A stretch of DNA of 64,000 nt from an uncultured SAR86 cluster bacterium (lineage in GTDB: Bacteria; Pseudomonadota; Gammaproteobacteria; Magnimaribacterales; D2472). The position numbers were made by a program, and so were the translations under genes. Below are positions 54,329-64,000 of this stretch, piece by piece. Numbering within the stretch: the stretch's first letter is position 1; each line of letters starts with the position of its first letter. Location of the stretch: NCBI GenBank assembly GCA_902630885.1, contig CACOWI010000004.1, positions 8,762 to 72,761 on the forward strand. Reading direction: 5' to 3'. Under the pieces are notes generated by a model that was not told the DNA's origin, did not search any database, and saw only the letters and a program-made list of their open reading frames with translations.

Positions 54329-55339
54329 ATGAATAATTCACAAAATGTTGCAGTTCTTGGAGGAGGAAGTTTTGGAACAGTTCTTGCAAATTTAGCTGCA
54401 TCAAATGGATATAATGTTTCATTGTGGGTAAGAGACTCTGAACAAGCTCTAAGAATCAATTCTGAAGGAGCAAACACCACCTATCATCCTGAATTAAAAT
54501 TATCACAAAATATAGTTGCATCCGATAACTTAAAAGAAGTTCTAAATGATAAATCTATAATTTTTATTGCAACACCAAGTATTGTGTTCGAGCAAATTAC
54601 AATAAGAATTTCTGATTACATAGATGAAAAACCATATTTAGTTTCATGTACAAAAGGTATTCTTGATGAACCATTTAGACCATTATCAGAAGTTATTTCA
54701 TCAAAACTCGAGAATACTATTGGTGTTCTGAGTGGCCCCAACCTTGCGAAAGAAATAGCAGATGAAAAAATTGCAGGTACAGTCATAGCAAGCCCAGATG
54801 AAAATTTAATAAATATAGTTAAATCAGTTTTGTCTTCTGAAACTTTTAAAATATATTCCAGCAATGACATGCAAGGGGTCGAAATGGCCGGTGCTTTAAA
54901 AAATATTTATGCAGTAGTATGTGGAATGGCTGAGTCATTGAAGGTTGGCGAAAATGCTATCGGCTTAATACTAACTCGAAGTATGGCTGAGATGAGTCGG
55001 TTTGCTGTTGCGAAAGGTGCAAATCCTATAACATTTTTAGGATTGTCAGGTATGGGTGATTTAGTTGCAACATGTATGTCAACTTTATCAAGGAACTATC
55101 AACTTGGATTTAACATCGGATCTGGAATGTCCTTAGCACAAGCAAAAGATAGTGTTGGCCAGGTTGCTGAGGGAGTCAGGACACTTGAAGTTGTTTTAAA
55201 GGAATCAACAAATTTGGACATTAAAATGCCATTAGTCGAATCCATGTATAATATAATTTACAATGATGCATCTCCAAAAACTCTCATAGATGATTTAATT
55301 AATAATCCAAATGAGATTGATGTAGAATTTAATTACTGA
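54329..55339 (+). CDS. gpsA: NAD(P)H-dependent glycerol-3-phosphate dehydrogenase
   Basis: 'VAVLGGGSFGTVLA', 'GPN.A.EI', 'GALKN', 'GDL..TC....SRN...G'. Confidence 0.92.
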   Translation: MNNSQNVAVLGGGSFGTVLANLAASNGYNVSLWVRDSEQALRINSEGANTTYHPELKLSQNIVASDNLKEVLNDKSIIFIATPSIVFEQITIRISDYIDEKPYLVSCTKGILDEPFRPLSEVISSKLENTIGVLSGPNLAKEIADEKIAGTVIASPDENLINIVKSVLSSETFKIYSSNDMQGVEMAGALKNIYAVVCGMAESLKVGENAIGLILTRSMAEMSRFAVAKGANPITFLGLSGMGDLVATCMSTLSRNYQLGFNIGSGMSLAQAKDSVGQVAEGVRTLEVVLKESTNLDIKMPLVESMYNIIYNDASPKTLIDDLINNPNEIDVEFNY

Positions 55340-55341
55340 TT

Positions 55342-55674
55342 ATGGAAAGTATAAATAAAGACGAGATTTTAAAATCAAGTAAATGGATTAGATTCATTTT
55401 TATGGTGCTATATGCCTTTGCATTAAATTTTGCATTAACAATATGTATTGGATTAGCTTTTGTTCAGTTTCTATTTGTTCTTTTTACATCAAAAGTAAAT
55501 ACTTCAATAGCTAATGCAAATTCATATGTCATTGAGTTCTTTGAAGATTCTCTAGCATTTTTATTATTTCAAACAGAGGAAAAACCTTTTCCTTTCAAAA
55601 ATAATTCAGATGAAGAGATTGTTATAGAACCAGAAGAAATAGAAGACTCAACCTCAGAACAAGAAACAAACTAA
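55342..55674 (+). CDS. small membrane protein (possibly DUF4389)
   Basis: Two TM segments then 'EEKPFPF' and an acidic tail. The family assignment is from memory only. Confidence 0.4.
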   Translation: MESINKDEILKSSKWIRFIFMVLYAFALNFALTICIGLAFVQFLFVLFTSKVNTSIANANSYVIEFFEDSLAFLLFQTEEKPFPFKNNSDEEIVIEPEEIEDSTSEQETN

Positions 55675-56513
55675 TTAGAAGTAGATCTTTCTGCAGATTG
55701 AAGCGTCTGAAGAATTAATGTATTGATTGTCATTGGACCAACTCCACCTGGAACAGGCGTATAAGCACTTGCAATGTTTTCGATATTATCAAGATCAATA
55801 TCCCCACATTTTTCTGGATGATAACCAGCATCAATAACAATAGCACCTTTTTTAATCCAATCTGATTTTATAAATTTAGGTATTCCAACAGCTCCAACAA
55901 TTAAATCAGCATTTTTAATTATTGAGTCTAAGTTTAAAGTTCTTGAATGACATATTGTCACGGTAGCATTCATATTTAATAACATCATCGCCATTGGTTT
56001 ACCCAAAATTGGACTTCTGCCAACAACAACAGCATTTAAGCCTTCAACCCGAAGATTATAATGATTAATCAGTCTTACAACACCGGCAGGAGTGCATGAA
56101 CCGTATGCTTCAAGGCCCATCGACATGTTTCCGAAACCCAGGCAGGTTACTCCATCAACATCTTTGTTAATATCTATTTCATCAAAACACAATCTTTCAT
56201 CAATTTGAGGCGGAACTGGATGTTGCAGCAAAATGCCATGCACATTAACATCATTATTTAAATTTCTAATTGTTTCTAATAGCTCTTCTGTAGTCGTATC
56301 TTTAGATAGTTCTACAGCTATAGACTTCATACCTACTCTTGCACAGGTATTTCTTTTCATTTTTACATAAGTTTCAGACGCAGGATCATTACCAACAAGA
56401 ATAGTTGCCAGAGTTGGCTTTACATTTTTTAATGATAATTCCTGAACCTTTTTCTTTATAGATTCTTCAGAAATTTTCGAGAGCTCTTTGCCATCTAATA
56501 TTATTGCAGACAT
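55671..56513 (-). CDS. folD: bifunctional methylenetetrahydrofolate dehydrogenase/cyclohydrolase
   Basis: 'ILDGK', 'P.LA.ILVG.DPAS..YV..K', 'GILLQ.P.P', 'VVGRS...GKPMA.LL', '[10 protein letters not shown]'. Confidence 0.92.
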   Translation of the reverse strand: MSAIILDGKELSKISEESIKKKVQELSLKNVKPTLATILVGNDPASETYVKMKRNTCARVGMKSIAVELSKDTTTEELLETIRNLNNDVNVHGILLQHPVPPQIDERLCFDEIDINKDVDGVTCLGFGNMSMGLEAYGSCTPAGVVRLINHYNLRVEGLNAVVVGRSPILGKPMAMMLLNMNATVTICHSRTLNLDSIIKNADLIVGAVGIPKFIKSDWIKKGAIVIDAGYHPEKCGDIDLDNIENIASAYTPVPGGVGPMTINTLILQTLQSAERSTSN

Positions 56514-56592
56514 GATATTATTATCTCATTAATCGATAATTATGCCCATGAAGATTGCTTATTTATTATATTAACTTTAATATTTGCATCCT

Positions 56593-56669
56593 CGGGGTAT
56601 AGCGCAGTCTGGTAGCGCACTCGCTTTGGGAGCGAGTGGTCGTAAGTTCGAATCTTACTACCCCGACCA
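56593..56669 (+). tRNA. tRNA-Pro (anticodon TGG), CCA encoded
   Basis: CGGGGTA-TA-GCGC-AGTCTGGTA-GCGC-A-CTCGC-TTTGGGA-GCGAG-TGGTC-GTAAG-TTCGAAT-CTTAC-TACCCCG-A-CCA. Confidence 0.9.
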
Positions 56670-56670
56670 T

Positions 56671-56747
<77 letters not shown>

Positions 56748-56750
56748 TTT

Positions 56751-57854
56751 TTAAATTAGCTCTTTTTCAAACCTAAAATTTCTAATATCCCTTTTTAGTA
56801 CCTCTTCTGCAATTTTTTCGGCATCATTGATGTCACTTTGATTATCATTGATAATTTTATTTAATTGCTCGGCTCTAATATCTTTGTTAAAAACATAATT
56901 ATCTGTTTTAGCATAAGTATTTAATATTTTTTTAGTTCTAAATTTCTCAAAAATATTAATTTTTCTATTTAATTTTAGATGTTTTCCAACGACTGTGATA
57001 ACTGTTGGGTTGTCTAATAGATCTTTCGAGTTTATTGCAAAGAGATTATTACTCCTTGAACTAAAATGTATAAATTTTTTTGCGAAGTAAAGCCAATAAA
57101 GCATTGCTTGGTTGGCAGTTTTTGTAATATCAATTTTGATATTTGAAATTTCAAGATAATTAAGGATTTTTTCAAAATTTGCTCTATTTTTTATCCATTG
57201 ATCTCTTTTCTCTTTAGAACAAGATGCAATGTATTCCCTTAATGGAGAATATAAATATATTGAAGGTATATTTAAAGGTTCTGTATGCTCAATGAGATCA
57301 AATGCATAGTCACTAGGCTTCCATAATACTCTCTGTTTCTTTGAAAAAGATCTGTTGTGTAAACAAAAAATTGTATTTTTAATAGTAATATCATTTTTAT
57401 TATTTTCTAAGTGATGTTTGAGAGTATGTAAAAGCGGTGGCTCTTTAAGTGAGAGAACATTAAAAGACTCTTCAAGAAGCCTGGTTAAAAGAGTGCCACA
57501 ACAAAATCCATGATTAAATATTATTGCCGAGTTATTGACGAATTTTATTTCTTTAAAAATATCAACAATATCATCAAATTTCATAGAAAATGAGGATTTA
57601 CTTTTTAAATATCCTGGACCCTTACCTGGTGACATTATAAAAAAGCTCTTTTTATAATGAGATCTATCCATTTCTACAAAATCTATCTTGTTATTTTGTA
57701 TATCTAAGCTAAAAGGAAAAAGTTTTGGTGAATCTTGAATTGACTCTAGTTGACTAATAATTTTTGAATATTGATCATCAGATGTAAATTTTTCGCTGTT
57801 AATGTAAATTTTTTTATTAATCATTTCAGAAGATATTAAGTTTTTTTTAAACAA
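56751..57854 (-). CDS. hypothetical protein (367 aa); weak resemblance to the sulfotransferase fold
   Basis: Long uninterrupted ORF with a TTG start (or ATG at codon 11). 'IIFNHGFCCGTLLTRLLEE' resembles the 5'-PSB loop (PxxSGTTLL) but lacks the Lys/Arg. 'LYSPLREYIASC' resembles the 3'-PB region. Confidence 0.45.
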   Translation of the reverse strand: MFKKNLISSEMINKKIYINSEKFTSDDQYSKIISQLESIQDSPKLFPFSLDIQNNKIDFVEMDRSHYKKSFFIMSPGKGPGYLKSKSSFSMKFDDIVDIFKEIKFVNNSAIIFNHGFCCGTLLTRLLEESFNVLSLKEPPLLHTLKHHLENNKNDITIKNTIFCLHNRSFSKKQRVLWKPSDYAFDLIEHTEPLNIPSIYLYSPLREYIASCSKEKRDQWIKNRANFEKILNYLEISNIKIDITKTANQAMLYWLYFAKKFIHFSSRSNNLFAINSKDLLDNPTVITVVGKHLKLNRKINIFEKFRTKKILNTYAKTDNYVFNKDIRAEQLNKIINDNQSDINDAEKIAEEVLKRDIRNFRFEKELI

Positions 57855-57870
57855 GCATTATTATATAGGT

Positions 57871-58803
57871 ATGTATATTATTTCAGCACTTTATAAATTT
57901 CGTAATATTCCGGATCCTTGTAAGATCCATAATGATATCAGAGAAGAATTAAAAAAAAATTCAATAAAAGGTACTGTTCTTGTCGGATCAGAGGGTATAA
58001 ATGGGACTATTTCGGCAAGATGCTCAAAAAATCTTAATGAGTCTTTAACATTTATAAGATCTATAAATGGATTTAAAAATATTGATATAAAGAATTCGTT
58101 CTCAAAAAAAAATCCTTTTGTAAGACTTAAAGTAAAGCTTAAAAAAGAAATAGTCACAATTGGAGATAGTTCTATTAATCCTAATATAAATCGTGGAGAT
58201 TATGTTGAGCCAAATGAATGGAACAAAATTATTAAAGATAAAGATGTGATGTTAATTGATACAAGAAATAAATATGAATGTTCAATAGGAACATTTAAAA
58301 ATGCATTAAATCCAAATACTTCAAAGTTTAGAGAGTTTCCAGAATGGCTTGAGTCTCAAAATTTTTCAGATAGTTATAAAAAAAATAAAAAAGTTGCTAT
58401 GTTTTGTACAGGCGGTATAAGGTGCGAGAAAGCTTCATCTCTAATGAAGATAAAAGGATTCAAAAATGTTTATCACTTAAAAGGAGGAATACTTAATTAT
58501 TTTGAATCAGTACCAGAAAAAGAAAGTCTATGGAACGGAGAATGTTTTGTTTTTGATGATAGAGTTTCAATAAAACATGATCTATCAGAAGGCACATATG
58601 ATATGTGTCATGGTTGTAGAATGCCAATAACAGAGAACGATAAAAAATCAAAATATTATATAAAAGGCGTTGCCTGTTCAAAATGCTTTGATAAAACATC
58701 AGATAAACAAAAATCTAGATATATGAGCAGACAAAAGCAAATTGACATAGCTAAAAAAAGAAATAAACAACACATTGGACCTCGAGAGAAGGTCATTAAA
58801 TAA
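57871..58803 (+). CDS. trhO: rhodanese-domain tRNA uridine(34) hydroxylase TrhO (YceA/UPF0176)
   Basis: 'SALYKF', 'GT.LV..EGINGT', rhodanese active-site loop 'MFCTGGIRCEKAS', C-terminal Cys cluster 'CHGC....C..C'. Confidence 0.8.
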   Translation: MYIISALYKFRNIPDPCKIHNDIREELKKNSIKGTVLVGSEGINGTISARCSKNLNESLTFIRSINGFKNIDIKNSFSKKNPFVRLKVKLKKEIVTIGDSSINPNINRGDYVEPNEWNKIIKDKDVMLIDTRNKYECSIGTFKNALNPNTSKFREFPEWLESQNFSDSYKKNKKVAMFCTGGIRCEKASSLMKIKGFKNVYHLKGGILNYFESVPEKESLWNGECFVFDDRVSIKHDLSEGTYDMCHGCRMPITENDKKSKYYIKGVACSKCFDKTSDKQKSRYMSRQKQIDIAKKRNKQHIGPREKVIK

Positions 58804-58810
58804 ATAAACT

Positions 58811-59458
58811 ATGAATGATCCAATTTTATATTCATTTATTAGATGTCCTTACGCAATAAGGGCAAGATCAGCTATTAAACTAACAAATATAAAGTGTGTG
58901 ATTAGAGAGATCAGACTCAATAATAAACCTGAGCATATGTTAAAAGCATCCCCAAAAGGAACAGTACCGGTTTTAATATTGAAAGATAAAATAATTGATG
59001 AAAGTATTGATATTATCAACTGGGCTTTAGATAAAAAAAATGTATTTGAAGGCAATCTAAGCAAAGAACATCTTGAGTTAACTGAAAATATTATCAATCA
59101 TTTTGACAATGATTTTAAATATCACCTAGATCGATATAAGTATGCAAATAGATATCAAGATGTTGATTCAAAATTACATCAAAATAAATGTTTAAATATT
59201 CTAAGTGATCTAGAAAAAATTATTTCTGAGAAGGATTGGATTTTTGGAGAGAAGCTTAATAAATTGGACATATCAATTTTACCATTTATAAGACAATTTA
59301 GAATCGCTAATCCAGACTGGTTTGATAGTCTGAAAAACATAAAAAAAACTCAAAAAGTTCTTCATAATTACATGAAATCAGAGTTGTTTAATGATGTGAT
59401 GTTTAAATTTGATGTTTGGAAGGAGGGGTCTGAAAAGATTTATTTTCCATTAACATAA
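58811..59458 (+). CDS. glutathione S-transferase-like protein (glutaredoxin-like N-domain)
   Basis: 'LYSFIRCPYAIRARSAI', 'SPKGTVPVL' and 'ESIDIINWA' give a thioredoxin-fold GST N-domain, followed by a helical C-domain. Confidence 0.65.
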   Translation: MNDPILYSFIRCPYAIRARSAIKLTNIKCVIREIRLNNKPEHMLKASPKGTVPVLILKDKIIDESIDIINWALDKKNVFEGNLSKEHLELTENIINHFDNDFKYHLDRYKYANRYQDVDSKLHQNKCLNILSDLEKIISEKDWIFGEKLNKLDISILPFIRQFRIANPDWFDSLKNIKKTQKVLHNYMKSELFNDVMFKFDVWKEGSEKIYFPLT

Positions 59459-59548
59459 CTCATAAAACTATTAACTGGGCATTAATTTATTAAATCCCTA
59501 AACAAAAATAGATAATAATTTTTTTTAAACTATAATATCGAGTCTTGT

Positions 59549-59626
59549 GGCGGGCGTAGCTCAGTTGGTTAGAGCGCTGGATTGTGGCTCCGGAGGCCGT
59601 GGGTTCGAACCCCATCGCTCGCCCCA
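59549..59626 (+). tRNA. tRNA-His (anticodon GTG) with genome-encoded G-1, CCA encoded
   Basis: G(-1)-GCGGGCG-TA-GCTC-AGTTGGTTA-GAGC-G-CTGGA-TTGTGGC-TCCGG-AGGCC-GTGGG-TTCGAAC-CCCAT-CGCTCGC-C-CCA. Confidence 0.9.
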
Positions 59627-59643
59627 TTTATGAGAGTAAAATA

Positions 59644-60939
59644 ATGAAAGTAAGTATTAAAAAATTAAAAGATCTTGAAAGAAAGGTTTTAGTGACTATT
59701 CCAGTTAATGAATATGAACTAAAATTTTCTACAAAATTAAAAAACATAAAGACCAAAGCTAAAGTCGATGGATTTAGGAAAGGTAATGTCCCTAATGATG
59801 TTTTAGAACAGAAGTATGGAGCATCTATTCATAATGAAGTCATAAATGAGCTGATTCAAGAGACTTATCCAAAGGCAATATCAGAAAATAAAATTAGACC
59901 AGCATCATCGCCACAAGTATCAATTGATTCAGAAGATCCAAAAAAACCGTTGGTTTACTCAGCAATTATTGAAGTATTTCCACAAATTAAACCAAAGTTC
60001 TCAAGATGGACGAATTATGAAGAGTTTGAAATTGATATTGAAGAAAATGACATAGACCTTGCAATAAGTGATATTAAGAAAAGATATGGAGAATGGAATG
60101 ATGTGCAAAGAGAAGCAAAAATAGATGATCAGGTTGTAATTGATTTTATAGGAAAAGTTGATGGCAACGAATTTGAAGGCAACACCGCTAATGACTTTAA
60201 ACTAGTTTTAGGAAGCAAATCAATGATCCCAGGTTTCGAAGAAAGCATAGTTGGAAATAAACCATCTAAGTTTTCAATAAAATGTACTTTTCCAGAAGAC
60301 TATTTCAAAAAAGATTTAGCAGGAGTTAAAGCTGAATTTGAAATTAATCTTAAAAATATTCAGGAAATGAAAGAGGCAAAAATTGATAAAGATCTTTTTG
60401 ATAAGCTTCAAATGGAAATCAAAGACAAATCAGAGTTTAGGGATGAAATAACATCTCGAATGAAAAATGAGGTTGCCATTCAAGAGAAAGAGCTTACTAA
60501 AGAGTCGATGTATGAAACTCTATTAAAAACAAATAACTTTAAAATTCCTAATGCTACTGTTAATGAACAAGCTGATCTAATGCGTAAAGATGCATTAATG
60601 AGGATTGGACATAGTGAAGACAATGCTGGCGATGATCTTTTCCCACTAGAAAGCTTTATGGAAAAAGCTGAAAAAAGAGTAAAACTCGATTTATTATTTG
60701 CTGAGTTAATTAATCACTATGATATTAAAGTAGAAAAGCAGCATCTTGATGATTTTATAGATGGGGAGTCAAAAAGATATAAGGATCCTGAACAGTATAA
60801 AAAATGGATAACTGGGCAACCTCAGCAATTAGAACAATTTAAAATGATTGTTTTAGAGAAACAATTAGTTGAAAAATTAGAAAATGTTCTTAAATCAAAG
60901 AAGAAAGTGATAAAATTTTCAGAATTAGCAAATAGATAA
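59644..60939 (+). CDS. tig: trigger factor
   Basis: '[15 protein letters not shown]', 'GFRKGNVP' ribosome-binding signature, central FKBP 'IDF.GK.DG..FEG' and 'LG...MIPGFE'. I chose the ATG at 59644 because the track start overlaps tRNA-His. Confidence 0.9.
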   Translation: MKVSIKKLKDLERKVLVTIPVNEYELKFSTKLKNIKTKAKVDGFRKGNVPNDVLEQKYGASIHNEVINELIQETYPKAISENKIRPASSPQVSIDSEDPKKPLVYSAIIEVFPQIKPKFSRWTNYEEFEIDIEENDIDLAISDIKKRYGEWNDVQREAKIDDQVVIDFIGKVDGNEFEGNTANDFKLVLGSKSMIPGFEESIVGNKPSKFSIKCTFPEDYFKKDLAGVKAEFEINLKNIQEMKEAKIDKDLFDKLQMEIKDKSEFRDEITSRMKNEVAIQEKELTKESMYETLLKTNNFKIPNATVNEQADLMRKDALMRIGHSEDNAGDDLFPLESFMEKAEKRVKLDLLFAELINHYDIKVEKQHLDDFIDGESKRYKDPEQYKKWITGQPQQLEQFKMIVLEKQLVEKLENVLKSKKKVIKFSELANR

Positions 60940-60946
60940 TATTTAT

Positions 60947-61546
60947 ATGACAGATATTCAATCAGCACTAATACCAATGGTAATCGAACAGACTCCTAGG
61001 GGTGAGAGGTCTTTTGATATATATTCACGTCTTTTAAAAGAGAGAGTTATATTTTTATCTGGGCCTATTGATGATTACATTTCAAATTTAGTTGTTGCTC
61101 AATTATTATTTTTGGAATCTGAGAATCCAGAAAAAGATATATCCATATACATTAATTCACCTGGTGGAAGTATCTCAGCTGGACTTGCAATATATGACAC
61201 CATGCAATTTGTAACTCCATCAATTTCTACGATGTGTATTGGACAGGCTGCAAGCATGGGGGCTCTGCTATTAGCAGGTGGCGATAATAAAAAGAGATTT
61301 GCATTGCCAAATTCAAGAATAATGATACATCAACCTTTAGGAGGATTTCAGGGCCAAGCATCTGATTTTGAGATTCATGCAAAAGAAATATTACATATGA
61401 AAAAAATTGTGAACGAAATTTTAGCTAAGCATACTGGACAAACCATTAAGAAAATAGAAAAGGATACTGATAGGGATAATTTCCTTGATGCAAATGCCGC
61501 AAAAGCTTATGGTATTGTTGATAAAATTTTAGAAGAAAGAAAATAA
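60947..61546 (+). CDS. clpP: ATP-dependent Clp protease proteolytic subunit
   Basis: '[25 protein letters not shown]', catalytic Ser in 'GQAASMGA', 'MIHQP.GG'. Confidence 0.95.
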   Translation: MTDIQSALIPMVIEQTPRGERSFDIYSRLLKERVIFLSGPIDDYISNLVVAQLLFLESENPEKDISIYINSPGGSISAGLAIYDTMQFVTPSISTMCIGQAASMGALLLAGGDNKKRFALPNSRIMIHQPLGGFQGQASDFEIHAKEILHMKKIVNEILAKHTGQTIKKIEKDTDRDNFLDANAAKAYGIVDKILEERK

Positions 61547-61549
61547 GAT

Positions 61550-62806
61550 ATGAGTAACGAATCACAAACTGATAAATTAAATTGCTCGTTTTGTGGCAAG
61601 GTTCAAGATGAGGTTAAAAAACTCATAGCAGGACCAAGTGTATATATATGTAATGAGTGTGTAGATCTTTGTAATGACATTATTGAAGAGGAAATTAAAA
61701 ATGACGAGGAGTCACCTTATGATCAATCTTTATCACCTTTAGAAATATATAATCAATTAGATGAATATGTTATTGGTCAAGAAAAAGCAAAAAAGGTTCT
61801 ATCTGTTGCCGTTTATAATCATTACAAAAGATTAAGAAAAGGAAAAGCTAAAGATAATGTTGAACTTCAAAAAAGTAATGTTCTTCTACTAGGGCCAACT
61901 GGAAGTGGTAAAACTTTACTAGCTCAAACTCTTGCCAAAATACTTAATGTTCCATTTACAATTGCCGATGCTACTACTTTAACTGAAGCTGGTTATGTAG
62001 GCGAGGATGTAGAGAATATTATTCAAAAATTACTCCAAAAAGCTGATTATGATCCTGAGAAAGCGGAGTTAGGAATCGTTTACATTGATGAGATAGATAA
62101 AATAGCTAGAAAATCTGATAATCCATCTATTACAAGAGATGTATCGGGAGAAGGAGTTCAACAAGCACTTCTTAAATTAATTGAAGGAACCGTTGCGTCA
62201 ATTCCTCCTCAGGGTGGAAGAAAACATCCCCAACAAGAGTTCATTCAAATAAATACATCTAATATCTTATTTATTTGCGGTGGAGCTTTTTCTGGTCTCA
62301 ATAAAGTTATTGAGCAGAGAACAAATAAAACTGGCATTGGCTTTAGTGCTGATGTGGACACGCTATCAAATGTTAGCAAGATTGGAAAAAATATTGATGA
62401 TCTTGAGCCTGAGGATCTGGTTAAGTATGGCTTAATACCTGAATTTGTAGGTAGACTTCCTGTCATATCAAATCTCCATGAACTTGATGAAGAAGCTTTA
62501 GTAAGAATTCTGAAAGAACCAAAAAATGCTTTAGTCAATCAGTACAGTCACTTATTTGAAATCGATGATGTTGAATTATCATTTCGCGACGAAGCATTAA
62601 CAGAAATTGCTAAACAGGCAATTAAGAGAAAAACTGGAGCTAGAGGACTTAGATCTATAATGGAAGATATATTAATGGATACTATGTTTGATCTTCCTAA
62701 TGAAGACTTAGAAAAAGTAATTATCGATGAAAAGGCAGTTCTTAATAGATCTGAGCCAATAAAATTATTAAAAACAAAATCTAAAAAAACTTCTTCAGGT
62801 AATTGA
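61550..62806 (+). CDS. clpX: ATP-dependent Clp protease ATP-binding subunit ClpX
   Basis: Zn finger 'CSFCGK......CNEC', Walker A '[11 protein letters not shown]', Walker B 'IVYIDEIDK', 'GARGLR'. Confidence 0.95.
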   Translation: MSNESQTDKLNCSFCGKVQDEVKKLIAGPSVYICNECVDLCNDIIEEEIKNDEESPYDQSLSPLEIYNQLDEYVIGQEKAKKVLSVAVYNHYKRLRKGKAKDNVELQKSNVLLLGPTGSGKTLLAQTLAKILNVPFTIADATTLTEAGYVGEDVENIIQKLLQKADYDPEKAELGIVYIDEIDKIARKSDNPSITRDVSGEGVQQALLKLIEGTVASIPPQGGRKHPQQEFIQINTSNILFICGGAFSGLNKVIEQRTNKTGIGFSADVDTLSNVSKIGKNIDDLEPEDLVKYGLIPEFVGRLPVISNLHELDEEALVRILKEPKNALVNQYSHLFEIDDVELSFRDEALTEIAKQAIKRKTGARGLRSIMEDILMDTMFDLPNEDLEKVIIDEKAVLNRSEPIKLLKTKSKKTSSGN

Positions 62807-62836
62807 TATTTACTTGATTATCCCTATATTTAGTCT

Positions 62837-64000
62837 ATGAGCAAGATTAAATCTGACTTACCTCTTATACCATTAAGAGATGTTGTAGTATTTCCAGGCA
62901 TAGTAACAACATTATTTGTTGGCAGGGCCAAGTCTGTTGAAGCACTAAACATTGCTATGACCTCAAATAAAAAATTAGTTCTAGTAAGTCAAAAAGATGC
63001 AGGGAATGAGGATCCGAAAGTTGAGGATATGTATAAATATGCATCCATAAGCAATTTACTTCAGTTGATAAAACTTCCGGATGGCACAATGAAAGTTTTA
63101 GTTGAAGGTTATAAAAGATGTTCAATCGAAAAAGTTATAGAAAAAGACTCATATACCATTGCAAGAGTTATTGAAGAAGATGACATACCTCTTAAAGAGA
63201 ATGAATCAAAGAATCTAGTCAGGCTAATTAAAGCAAAATTTGAAGATTATATAAGCGTAACAAAAAGAATACCTCCAGAAATAGTTTCAACAGTTGATTC
63301 ATTAGATGAGTTGTCAAGACTCATGGATACTATCACCGGACATTTGCCAATTGAAACTGCAAAGAAGCAAGAGATTTTAGAGACGGTTGATTTAAAAGAT
63401 AGAGCTGAAAAAGTTTTAACTTTTATTGAATCACAGCTTGATGTAGTTGATGTTGAAAAAAAGGTTAGAGATAGAGTTAAAAAGCAAATGGAAAAATCTC
63501 AAAGAGAATATTATCTTAACGAACAAATTAAAGCTGCACAAAAAGAGCTTGGTGAAATAGGTGAAGAGGGTGATGAACTTGAAAACTTAGAGAAAAAAAT
63601 TCACGAAGTGGGCATGACAAAAGAAGCACTAAAAAAAGCTAAGAGTGAACTTGCGAAATTTAAACATATGGCCCCATCATCAGCGGAGGCCTCAGTGGTA
63701 AGAACTTATTTAGATTGTTTAGTAGACGTTCCATGGAAAAAGAAATCTAAGGTTAAGACTGATCTAAAAGCTTCAATGGAAATTCTTGAAGAAGATCATT
63801 ATGGTCTTGAGGAAGTAAAAGAAAGAATTGTTGAGTATTTAGCTGTTCAGAAAAGAGTTAAATCAATGAAGGCACCAGTCCTTTGTTTAGTTGGACCTCC
63901 AGGCGTGGGTAAAACATCATTAGGTGAATCTATTGCTAGGGCAACAAACAGAAAATTTGTAAGAATGTCATTAGGAGGTGTTAGAGACGAATCTGAAATA
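62837..64000 (+). CDS. lon: Lon protease, N-terminal ~388 aa; 3' end outside the window (not in ORF track because no stop is reached)
   Basis: Hand translation from the ATG at 62837 gives MSKIKSDLPLIPLRDVVVFPGIVTTLFVGR.... Walker A 'GPPGVGKTSLG' lies near 63897. Follows clpX as usual. Confidence 0.93.
   Translation, partial: MSKIKSDLPLIPLRDVVVFPGIVTTLFVGRAKSVEALNIAMTSNKKLVLVSQKDAGNEDPKVEDMYKYASISNLLQLIKLPDGTMKVLVEGYKRCSIEKVIEKDSYTIARVIEEDDIPLKENESKNLVRLIKAKFEDYISVTKRIPPEIVSTVDSLDELSRLMDTITGHLPIETAKKQEILETVDLKDRAEKVLTFIESQLDVVDVEKKVRDRVKKQMEKSQREYYLNEQIKAAQKELGEIGEEGDELENLEKKIHEVGMTKEALKKAKSELAKFKHMAPSSAEASVVRTYLDCLVDVPWKKKSKVKTDLKASMEILEEDHYGLEEVKERIVEYLAVQKRVKSMKAPVLCLVGPPGVGKTSLGESIARATNRKFVRMSLGGVRDESEI

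Noticed and set aside
59584-59643. N-terminal extension of trigger factor (track start 59584, 'MAPEAVGSNPIARP...')
   Set aside because: The extension is the 3' half of tRNA-His read as protein. The conserved Tig N-terminus starts at the ATG at 59644.

Overview
Low-GC, extremely gene-dense chromosomal segment. Many neighbouring genes share or overlap start/stop codons, and only three intergenic gaps exceed about 100 nt. Gene order is typical of gammaproteobacterial core regions: metY', ccmABCDEFGH plus a ccmI-like gene, smc-zipA-ligase, a lipid/xenobiotic catabolic stretch (three acyl-CoA dehydrogenases, alkylsulfatase, P450, SDR, LysR), sbcB, ibpA, recX, dnaX-recR-dcd, purMN divergent from a DUF2066-like gene, a pgsA-like gene and hda, then sppA, wrbA, xseA, gpsA, folD, trhO and tig-clpP-clpX-lon'. 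Composition and compaction suggest a streamlined marine gammaproteobacterium, possibly SAR86-like, but this is inference only. I call about 73 CDS and 8 tRNAs (Leu-TAG, Val-GAC, Val-TAC, Asp-GTC, Pro-TGG, Arg-TCT, His-GTG). I found no rRNA, CRISPR array, transposase, integrase or obvious prophage or defence island. The most unusual observations are: (1) the conserved ligA slot after smc-zipA holds an ATP-dependent ligase instead of the NAD-dependent one; (2) the SMC is only 732 aa and has no recognisable hinge domain; (3) dnaX has an A9 tract at the domain III/IV boundary with stops close by in both alternative frames, a candidate tau/gamma recoding site; (4) ibpA has a ROSE-like RNA thermometer and a sigma32-like promoter; (5) a tRNA-Val has C instead of U at position 33; (6) a ccmD ORF is missing from the ORF track. 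None of these is a clear-cut multi-gene novel system. All functional calls rest on motifs recognised by eye and on synteny knowledge, not on searches.
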